A stretch of DNA of 64,000 nucleotides from contig MCFH01000063.1 in assembly GCA_002104945.1 (NCBI GenBank), positions 124,001-188,000 of the forward strand. The letters run 5' to 3'. This stretch comes from Piromyces finnis finn. Its lineage: Eukaryota > Fungi > Neocallimastigomycota. A model generated the notes under the pieces. The model made no database searches and was not told the origin of the DNA. It worked only from the letters and a program-made list of their open reading frames with translations. A program made the position numbers and the translations under genes. Of the stretch, positions 39,295 through 50,987 are shown piece by piece (position 1 is the first letter of the stretch; each line of letters begins with the position of its first letter).

Positions 39295-42200
39295 TTATTT
39301 TATTTTATGTTAAAACCAACATTATTTTTTTTATAAGACAAATATTTCATAAAAATTACTATTATGAGGAAAAATATAAATTTAAAAAGTAATAATAATT
39401 TAATTATTATATTAATAATATTAATACCTATTTTTAATAAAAATAAAATAAATATTTTCTTTCTGTACTTGGGTTAAAATGAATAATATAGTAAAGATAG
39501 TGAAATATATAATTTAACTCATTATAAATAGAAATATTTAAAAGTTTCATATTTATTTATTATGAAATTACAGAAAAAATATTCATCTATCCTATTTTAA
39601 TAATAAATATGATGTGCGACTTTCGTGGCACTTTATAAATTATAACCCTTTATTAAAATTATTAACTACAGATATTGATAAGAATTTTAAAAATTCTTCA
39701 TTAAATAAAAATATAACCTTACAATAAATTTAGAAAATGAATTATCACAATTAAATGAAGAAAATCATGATATTTTATTTAGTGTATTTATTCCTTAATA
39801 AAACATGATATAAAAATTACTAATAATAGGTTATAAAATTGTTACTTTGATTAATGAAAACAAAAAACAATATTCCATTATTTATAAATAATGTATATTG
39901 ACTTTTTTTTTTGCTAAAAATTTATGTTAGAATATATCCAATTTTTTTAACCATTGATTTATAAAAATTATCCATAGAAGTAAAATTTAATTTCTATTTT
40001 TACTTTAGAAATGTCTTTTTTTTTTGTAAATTTAGAAAATAAAATTCATTTTAATAATAATAATAATACTTTATTATAAATTATTAATTTATAAAATAAT
40101 AATAATTATACATATTCTTTAATAACATAATCATAATTAAAATTATAATATATATTTTTTGTCCTGTTTCTCATGTTTTTTTTTCTCATATAAAAAAAAA
40201 GCAATAATTGATTTGTTTATTGAAATATCTCTATTTATATCAAGTAAATAAAAATACTATATTTGTTTATTTATATTAAACTCGTTTACAGTTCAAATTA
40301 TTTAAAAAAAACATTAATTTATAGAATATTTTATATCTATTTAATGTCCACATTATTGGTCATAAAATATCTCTGTAATGTAACTATATAAGGAACATAA
40401 ATATCGAATAAAAATAATAATTATAAAATTTTATAAATATTAATATTGATATTACAATAATAACAAATATAAATAATAATAATATTATTATTATTATTAC
40501 TATTAATACTACTATTACTAATAGTAATAATTAAAATTAAAAATATAACATATATAATATAAAAAATAGATTCATCAATGCAATTCAAAAATTTTTTTGA
40601 TAAATATAGAAAAAATAATTTTTTATCAATATTTAAATCTAATATAGATAAGAGATTAAGAGAGCTTGATTACCCTAGTGATGTGGATTGTCAACGTTGG
40701 GTCTGGGAATTAATACAAAATGCAAAGGATAGTATTGTTGGTCAAAAAGATAGAGATGGTGTAGATATTGAAATATTAGTACAATGTAATGTTGAAGTTT
40801 CTGCAAATGAAATAGGAATTTCGGATAATGATACAAATTCTAAATTAGTTGTGGATAAATACACATTTAAACATAATGGTGCACCTTTCATTGATAAAAC
40901 ATTATATGCTGTAATATATAAATTTAGTGAAGGTAAAAGTGATAATTCGGAAAGTACAGGTCGTTTTGGTACAGGATTTCTTACAACTCATTCTCTTTCA
41001 AAAATTGTAAACATTTCAGGTGATATCATTTCTGATAGTGGTAAATTAGAAGGATTTTCTATTACCATGTATAGAGAAGGTGAAAATAAAGAACTTTTAG
41101 AAGGATTAGATAAAACCGAGAAAAGTTTTCGTATATTAGATAAACCTATTGGATGGACAAGTTATGAATATTTAGCCAGAAACGAAAGAAACAAAGAAGC
41201 TGGTAGATTAGGAATTAAAAATTTTAAAGAAAATATTCCCAAAGTAATGTTATTCTGTCCTGAAATTCGTAGCATTAAACTTGATGATAATGGTACTATT
41301 CTAACAATTAAGCGTGGAACACCTTATAAAGATGAAGATGGTATATGTGAAAGATTACCACTTGATATTTATGATGGTAGTAATCACTTCGTTAAAACAT
41401 TTTTATATGTTAATTTTAATGAATATAGTAAAGAATTAAGTGATAGATTTAATTCCACCCGCAATCTTAAAATATGTTGTGCTATTGAATTAGACAATAA
41501 TAATATTTTTGTAAATACATCATCTCCATGTCTTTTTTCTTCTCTTCCATTTGTAGGATCTGAAAAGCATGAATTACCATTTATTATTAATAGTCCAGAT
41601 TTTGAACCTGACTCTGAAAGACAATCAATTATTCTTGAAGGAAGTGAAATTGCTAAAATTGGAAAAATATCTAATGCTGGGATTAACAAAATGATTCTTA
41701 AAAAAGCAGTTACAATGTTTACAAATATTTTAGATTGTATATGCAAAAATGACGATATAAAAGATCGTTATTTATTAGCTAGAGGTCTTAAATATATTTT
41801 AAATAATGATGAAATTGAGAAATTTGATCATGATTGGTATGAAAATGAATTTGTTAAACCAATGAGAAATATATTACTTAAATATCCTATTGTATGGAAT
41901 GGTGAAATATTTATTAAATTAACTGATATATATCTTCCATTAGTTAAATATTATAGAAATAAAGTTACTCAAAAACAAGCATATGAATTTATTTCTCAAA
42001 TATACAAAAGTAATGTTCCAACACTTGAAGAATCATTAAAATTTGAAGAATATATTTGGAAAAATGATAACAATATTAATTATATAATAATAAAAGAGTG
42101 TACTCAAGAATTATCAAGTTATAATAATGTGAATAATCTTGGTACTATTACTAAAGATATTTGGAAATTTATGAATGATTTTATTGCTTTTATTAATATA

Positions 42201-45200
42201 TATCATTCTTCCTATCTTCGTGATTACAGTATTATCCCTAATATGAATTGTGATTTTGTTAAATTGACGGATGAAATTACTACATCGAAATATGTTCCTG
42301 AAAATATAATTGAGTGTATTGAAAAGTTAGGAATTCGATGGAAAATAAATCATATTCATAAAAATATTGAAAATTATAGTCCTGGTATTGATCATAACAT
42401 TGAATATGCTGTCTCCGTAATTAAAAATAATATTAAAGAATGGTCGAATAATGTTTTAACCTTAATTTCATATATTCCTAATGATAGTGAAGATAAACTA
42501 TTTATTGAAAAACGACAAATAATTTATGAATTGTGTTCAAGAATATGGAAAGATTCGATTCCTAATAAAAATAATGGTGATTCATTCCCAAAAGAATTAT
42601 GGAATGGAATTGATGATATTGTATTTGATAAATTAATTAAAGAAATTGAAGATGCTAAAGAAATTGGAGGTGTTTATACTATTGAATTTATGAAAATGTT
42701 TTTAAAATGTATTTCACAATATTATCCAAATTTTAGAAATCATTCTATTATTCCTAATCAAAATGGAGAATTCCGAAAAATCCATGAATTATATGAAGAT
42801 GTTAATATTCCATCGTTATTTAAACAATGTATGAAAGAATGTTTTAATTACGATATCAAAAATGAATTAATTGATGATAATTTAATATCAATTGAAACTT
42901 TAATTAATGGAGGAGAAAAGTCAATTTTTAATTATATTGATAAATTAAATGCTTATTTTTCACAAAAATGTATTTCTGAAGAAATGAAAGAAATGAAAAC
43001 AAAAGCAGCCAGATATTTAATAAGAATCATTCCTAAAAACAATGAATCTATTATTGAAGATGAAAGTAACAATAATTGGCAATATAATCAAAGAAAATTA
43101 TTTGAAATATATAATACATTTAGTAAAAGAAATGATGAAAGTATTGAAATTGATGGTAATGAAAGAAACAAAGAATTATGGTATAATGTAAATAAATATA
43201 TTTACGAGGAAACTAGAAATGTTATTGAAAAATATGAAAATATAGAATCATTAATAAATAAATTAAATGTTGATAAATCAAAATATTTTGAATATTTAAA
43301 TATTATTTTTAATATTTTCAGTGAAAGTAATATTTATGGAAAAGTTATTCCAAATCAATATGAAATACTTTGTAATATAAGAACGCTTAATAACGAAGGA
43401 ATAAAAAATACAGAAACAAATGATATTGCATTAATACCAGAAACATTAAAAGATATTGCTAAAAAACTTGATTATGATATAAGAAAATATCTTATTCATC
43501 CAAAAATTATAAGAATTAACTGGATTGACAATGTTTCTGAAAAAGATGTTAATGAAGAAATTTCAAAAATTATCGAAAAAAATAATAATGACCCAAAAAA
43601 AGTTCTAATTCTAAATATATCGAGACATTAAATAATTTAAATGAATATAATTTCAAAATGATTAGAAAAAATACTTTTGATGATAAAATGATGGATATTT
43701 TCGGAAATGTTTATGTTGCTAATATTAATAATAGATTAAGAGAATTAGAAAATCCTACAAAAGAAGATTGTCAACGTTGGATATGGGAATTAATCCAAAA
43801 TGCTAAAGATAGTATTGCTGATGATAAAGATAGAAATGAAGTTGATATTGAAATATTTGTTCAAGATAATAAATATGTATTTAAACATAATGGTTCACCA
43901 TTTACAAATAAAACACTTCCAGCTTTACTTTATAAATACAGTAAAGGCAAAGGATATAGTTCAGAAAGTACAGGTCGTTTTGGTACCGGATTTCTCACAA
44001 CACATTCACTTTCCAAGGTTGTTAATATATCAGGTGAAATTGATTCGGATGGACAATTAAAGAGATTTATCGTTACATTATATAGAGAAGGAGACGAAAA
44101 AGAACTTTTAGAAGGATTAAATAAAACCAAAAATAGCTATAAAGAATATGCAATTGATTCAATTGATTCACATCAATGGACATGTTATGAATATTTAGCC
44201 AAAACACAAAGAAATAAAGAAGCAGGAGAATTAGGTATTAAAAATTTCAAAGATAATATAACTAAAGTAATGTTATTCTGTCCTGAAATCAATAGTGTTA
44301 AACTTAATGATAATGGCAAAATATTTGAAGTTAATAGAGAATATAATATCGATGATGTCAATACAAATGAATGCAATACATTAACCATTAGTGTTAATGA
44401 TGATGGAAATAATTACAAGAAAAATTCATATATATTAATAAAAAAGAAATCAATAAAGAATTAAGTGATAGATTTGATACCGAACGTTATCTCAGGATAT
44501 GTTGTGCTATTGAACTAGATAATGACAATAACATATTTATTGATCGTTCATCTCCATGTTTATTCTGTTCACTTCCACTTGTAGGATCAGAAAAACATGA
44601 ATTACCATTTATCATTAATAGTCCGGATTTTGAACCTGACTCTGAAAGACAATCCATTCTTCTTGATGGAGATGAAATTGATGAGAAAACAAAAAAAATA
44701 TCTAATCCAGGAATTAACAAAATGATTCTTCGAATTTCACAAAATCTTTATGAAAAAATTATAAAATTTATTAGTCAAGATTGTAATATTAAGAAACGTT
44801 ATTTATTAGCTAGAGGTCTTAAATATATCCTAAACAATGATGTCATTAAATATTTTGATCATGATTGGTATGAAAATGAATTTGTTAAACCAATGAGAAA
44901 TATATTACTTAAATATCCTATTGTATGGAATGGTAAAATATTTATTAAATTAACTGATATATATCTTCCATTAGTTAAATATTACGAAGATAAAGTTACT
45001 CAAAAACAAGCATATGAGTTTATCTCTCAAATATACAAAAGTAATGTTCCAACACTTGAAGAATCATTAAAATTTGAAGAATATATTTGGGAGAATGATA
45101 ATAATACTAATTATATAACAATGAAAGAGTGTACTCAAGAATTATCAAGTTATAATAATATAGAAAATCTTGATAAAATTATTGAAAATCCATGGAATTG

Positions 45201-46163
45201 GATCAATGAATTTATAAAATTTATTAATGATTTCCATTATAAATTCCTTGAAAAATACAGCATTATTCCTAATATGAACTGTGATTTTGTTAAATTAACA
45301 AATGTTCTTACATCATCAAAATCTGTACCAGATAATATGATTGAATGCCTCAATAAACTCGGAGATTCATGGAAAGAAAACCACATACACAAAAATATAA
45401 ATAAATTTGATTATGGTAATAAACATGATATTTCTGATGCAGTATCTAAAATTAATAAAAATCTAGAATTAAAACCAGATTTCAAAAATTATTTAATTGT
45501 AATATCATATGTTCCTAATGATAATGAAGATAAAATATTTATTGAAAAACGACAAATAATTTATGAATTGTGTTCAAGAATATGGAAAGATTCGATTCCT
45601 AATAAAAATAATGGTGATTCATTCCCAAAAGAATTATGGAATGGAATTGATGATATTGTATTTGATAAATTAATTAAAGAAACTGAAGATGCTAAAGAAA
45701 TTGGAGGTGTTTATACTATTGAATTTATGGAAATGTTTTTAAAATGTATTTCACAATATTATCCAAATTTTATAAATCATTCTATTATCCCTAATAAAAA
45801 TGGAAAATTCCGTAAGATCAATGAATTATTTAAAGACGAAATTAATCCTATATTTAAAGTATGTATGTATGAATGTTTCCAAATAGATTTAAATGATGAA
45901 TTAATTGATGATAAATTAGTACCAATAGAAGCATTAATTAAGGATAGAAATAAGACCACATCAAGCTATATTCGTAAATTAAATGAATGTTTTGAATCAG
46001 AGGAAATATCCCATGCAAATAAAGAGAAAGCAGCAAAATATTTAATTAGATTTATTCCAAAAATTATAAATACTATTTTCGATATAGAATGGATAAATGA
46101 TCAAAGAACACTTTTGTCCATATATAATATATTTACTAAAAGTAAAATAGAATTTATTGAAAT

Positions 46164-46167
<4 letters not shown>

Positions 46168-46197
<30 letters not shown>

Positions 46198-46715
46198 TTC
46201 CGAGTGCATTTCTCCCATCGATCAGAGTTAGCTCCAATGGTGGTTCTTAGAGAAACGTTGGCTCATTCCTATTGCCCTCCTGGTCTGTCATACTGTTTCT
46301 TCAGCTTCGACGCTCACTTAATCCATGTACATTAGATGCATGTCGTTGTACGATATTTCACAACTACAATGCTAAGCCTCTTATAGTCAATTTGATCACG
46401 TGTCAACCGCCCCCTAATGTTTACACTTAAATTGATTAAGGAATATTATGTGTTTTTGGCATAGCCTAAGTCACCACTTATTAAGTTCTAATTTGGAATG
46501 TACCATGTACACTAGACCCTCTCAGGCCGGCTAGACGAGTGTTATTATCATAGTAGTAAATTAGAAAGTTCATTTATACTTACCTGAATATCATAACCCA
46601 ACCCATGGCAAACCCAGTGGGAAAATCAACAGGCACTGACATCTGCGGGGTCGAACCAGAAGCCTTATGTATGCTAAGGAAACGCCTTAACAACCAGGAT
46701 AAAAACTGGAACGAC
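46168..46715 (-). mobile_element. tRNA-derived SINE (548 bp) with poly(A) tail
   Basis: Poly-T at the left end on +. 13-bp TSD TATTGAAATTGAT (46155-46167 and 46716-46728). B box GGTTCGACCCC (46657-46647) and D-arm-like TGGTT(GTT)AAGGCG on the minus strand. Confidence 0.88.
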
Positions 46716-46775
46716 TATTGAAATTGATGGAAATAAAGAATTTTGGTATTATGTAAATAAATATATTTTTGATGA

Positions 46776-47806
46776 TGTCACGAATACTAGTGAAATTACA
46801 ATTTCAAGATCACTTGGAATTGTGAAATCACTTATGAAAATTCAAAATCAACAAATATTTTATTTTCAAATAAATTATAAAATTTTATTAAGAAATATTT
46901 AAAAATTTAGAAAAGGTTAAAATATGACCTTAACCCTTAATAATTTTTATAATAAATAACTTTAACCCTTATCGTTAAAATGGAATAAGAAAAAACACGC
47001 GTATCTCCTCAACGAATGACGATTTTTGAATAAAAATATTTTGGTTATAATTACGTTCGTTAGAAAGCCACGCTCGAGACAAACAACATATCTTAAAATC
47101 AGGTCAATATCTCTGCTGGTTCACGAGATATTCCAATTTAAAGATATTTTGTTAGCAATGATTAATTGTTTATTCAGAGAATGATCACCCCTGATATATC
47201 AAATATAAATCATTCACTCAAAGTATAAAAATTATTGTTTAATTAAATTAAAATTATTTTCCGGAACTAATTAACTTTATTTTATAATAATTATTTCAAT
47301 AACATATCTTATAATCTTTGAATTAAAAGATTATAATTATTAATATTATATTCAATGAATTATATTATAATTAAGAAATAATTAATATTATAAATATATA
47401 AACAATAGTTATTTTTAATAATTAGTAGTAAGTCTTAAGTTTAGCCTTAGTATTATAAAATATATTATGAATATAATCATGTACTAAAAAGTTATTTTAG
47501 TATTAAATGTAAAATTACAAATAGTATAAATAGTTTAGAATAGTTTTATGAATTAAATCTTTGTAAAGATTATTATCTTATTAATACTTAATAAGTATTA
47601 CTATTAAATAATCTTATTATTATATATATTCTTTAAATAAAATAAAAAGGAATTATTTTAACTATAATACATAATATAATTATTCATTTATAAATCAATT
47701 AAGATTATTTTAATAAAACATTTTTTTTTCTAACCTAGTTATCTTTTAACCTTTTATTTAATTTGATATTTTAATATTAAATTATAAGTTTAGTAAAACT
47801 TTTACA
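46776..47806 (+). mobile_element. Solo LTR (1031 bp)
   Basis: TGTCACG...TTTACA termini with a 5-bp TSD GATGA (46771-46775 and 47807-47811). Excision restores the reading frame (YIFD-EIKII). Strand inferred from similarity to the start of the element A LTR. Confidence 0.88.
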
Positions 47807-50800
47807 GATGAAATAAAAATTATTATTGAAAATTATAATAATATTGAATCATTAGCTATAGATTTTGAACTTGAAAAGAAAGACCTTTTTAAATACCTGA
47901 ATATTATTTTTAGTATCTCTACAGAAGGAAAAATAATCCCAAATCAAAATGAAGAATTTTGTGAAAATGAACATCTTTATAATGAAGGTTTAAATGAAGA
48001 TTCCATGCCAAGAGAATTAAAAGATATATTAAAAGATTTAGATCATGATATAAGAGATTATCTCATTCATGAAGATATTAATATAAAATCTTATCTAATA
48101 AGAGGTTATAAAGGATATAAATATATATGTGACAGTATTGATGAAATAATGGTAAAAAAATATGATGAATACATGGATGAAAAAAATAAGGATTCAGGAA
48201 AGCAGCCTAATTTTAATTTTGTTAGAGCTGCCAGTAATTTGATTGAATTATATTTTGATAAATTAATAAAAAATCAGAAAAATCCTCAAAAATTATTTCC
48301 ACTAGTATTTTCAAAAAAAGATAGTATCTTATTAAATGTTATAGTTAATAAGGAAACTAGAACAAGTATTATAGAATTAAGAGAAAAATGTAATGAAAGT
48401 CAATTATTGTCAAAGCTTTCAAAAAATGAAAATATATGCAAAATGATTATTAGTGGAGAACTTAGTGATGACATTGATTTAATTAAATATATTAAAATGT
48501 TTAACAAAACTGAAGGTGATAATAATGAACAAATTATTCAAAAACTTTCAAAAAATGAAAATATTTGCAAATGGATCATGAATGAAAATCTTGAAGATAA
48601 CAGTGATTTAATTAAACTTTTTGAAGTTCTTATAACTTGTGATAAATTTACTATTAAAAAAATTATTGAAAATGCAGAATATTTAGATATGTTTACATAT
48701 GGAAAATTAAATATAAATAATTATATGTCTTTCAAAATGAATAAGACAAAAATAGTTAGTACATCCATAGAAGGAAGTATTACACAGTTTACTAAATCAT
48801 CTGAAAAATATGATGAGGAAACTATTAATAAAATATTAAATAATCCAAACATTATCGACATGATAAGAAGTAATGAATTAAATGATAGTATTCTTAAAGA
48901 TTATAAATATTATCACGATTTATTTACAACAAATGAAAAAACCGGATATAGTGGTGAAGCATATATTTATGAATTATTAATGAATCTTTTAAGATTAGGT
49001 CAACTCAAGTCAGTTGAATGGAAAACATTAAGTAAAAATGGATGCGGAACTAAATTAGATTATCATGGAAAAACATATTATCTAAGTCCAGATGGTGCTC
49101 ATTATGATATTGTTGTTGAAACTAATAATGGTCGAAAAATATATATTGAAGTTAAATCAACTAAGCACAGTTACAATGAAAATAAAGTTCCATTTTTCCT
49201 CAGTCAAAAACAAATAGACATGATGAATGATATTAAATATCCAAATGAATATATTTTAGCAATAGTTTTTGATGTATTTTGTAATCCTAAGCATTTCTTT
49301 ATGAGTTTAAGAAACAATGTTGTAGAAAATAAAATTTGCAATGATGAAAACCATAAATATATGATAAAGATGGAAAATGAATATGAAGATGATTATTTAA
49401 CAAAAATTTTTCAATAATTAAAAAGTAATAATGAAATGAAAAAGGTAAAAAGAATGAAGATGAATATCACTTTTTAAATAATATTATTCTACCTTTTATA
49501 TAAAAATTAATATAATTTTTATAATTTTTTAAAACATATAATTTCTTTATATATAATAGTATTAATATATTTCTTAATTTTGATGATAAAATAATAAAAT
49601 AAATATAATAATAAAAAAAATAATAAATGTTAAAATATTTTTTATTTTGGGTGTTTATAATTAAATAATACATTAAATATAATCCATTATACTCTTATTA
49701 ACAAAGAATATAAAAGAACATAAAATATTTTTAATTTTAATTCTTTGTTAAATTAAACTATATCAAATAATTTAAATTACTAATATAAAAAAAAGCTAAA
49801 AATAAATATTGATTTCTTCTTTTTAATTTTGAGTGGTATCAAATCAAAATATGTTTTAATGGCAGCAAACATTTTAAAATCTTTATAATTATTTTAATTA
49901 AAAGTTTAGCATAAGAATTACGATCTCCTTTGGTTGCGCTGGCCCTACTGTTTCTTTAACATTGATGTTCTTAGTTGATTACTTTAAACCTTTTGAGCAT
50001 TAACTATTACTGGCCAATGATAAAAGTTATTATTATGAATAAAAGTTTCTCAGTGACTATCATAATTTGCATTATGTATATTTTCTAAATTTAAGAATGT
50101 AATTAGCTAAGTTAAGAAAAGATACACTTTAAAATTTCCTATTTGTTGATTTAATCTGAACTAAAGTATAAGATTTTTCTTGCTTTAGGTTTCTTTATGT
50201 TTTAGGTTGAATCACTATTGTTGAGCATTTTTTGATACTAAAATCTATTTTATTATTAAATAACCAAATCATTAACTCTATTTATCAATATTTTTTATAA
50301 AGAGATTAAAAAGAATTGTAGAAAGTGGAAAGCTAACTTTAACGTACTCCTTTCTAAATATCAAAAGGAGCACTGCCTATTTCATTTGAAATTAACCTAA
50401 GATATTAAATATATGTTTTTGATAAATTATAAACATTTACCAAGAATGCCTAAATAATCTTATTTATAGAGAATATTACAAACAAGCATTAAATCATATG
50501 CTTTTCTAAGATTTAAAAAGACTAAATATATTTCTTTATTATCTAATTGATGTCTATAACATTGGATTGAAATGAAAAGACTGGTATTTTCTTCCTTTTA
50601 TGCGAAAACCAAATTATGAACAAATTATAAAAAAAGAGCAAATAATGAACAAATTAAAGAAAAATATGGTATTTACTACTTTTATAAAAGTAATGAAAAT
50701 CAATTTAATTCTGAAATATAATAATAATATTATTATTATTGCGGAACCGTTTTAATTATAAATATCAAATAATTAAAAATTTTAATAATAGTATAATTCT

Positions 50801-50987
50801 AAAATTTTTAGTAAAAATATTTTTATTTAACTTTTATTTGATGATATAAAAATTTAAGTTTTTATCTTATAAATATTTTAATACTACTAATTATTAAGTA
50901 TTGATTAATGAATATGTATTTCAATAGACATAAGTGATGATGACTCATCCTTTTCTATAATAGGAATACTAAAGTGATAAAGATGAT

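Larger units (their letters stand above)
40578..49417 (+). pseudogene. Giant intronless gene: 2 x sacsin-like GHKL ATPase repeat plus C-terminal NOV_C/DUF3883-type PD-(D/E)xK nuclease (~2414 aa reconstructed), disrupted
   Basis: WELIQNAKDS, FKHNGxPF, STGRFGTGFLTTHSLS and LPFIINSPDFEPDSER each occur twice. C-terminus has GYSGEAYIYELL, HYDIVVE and IYIEVKST. Removing the SINE plus TSD (561 bp) and the solo LTR plus TSD (1036 bp), and adding one A at each of 43595-43601 and 44420-44424, gives 7245 nt (2415 codons) in one frame. Confidence 0.85.

Noticed and set aside
46168-46335. Poly-Phe C-terminus of ORF 44722-46335
   Set aside because: Read-through into the SINE poly-T tail and body, not host protein.
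46576-46586. ATACTTACCTG as the start of a U1 snRNA gene
   Set aside because: Nothing downstream resembles U1 stem-loops or the Sm site, and it lies inside a TSD-flanked SINE.
49800-50750. Slightly GC-richer, possibly decayed coding or transposon sequence
   Set aside because: No continuous frame, termini or recognisable motif.
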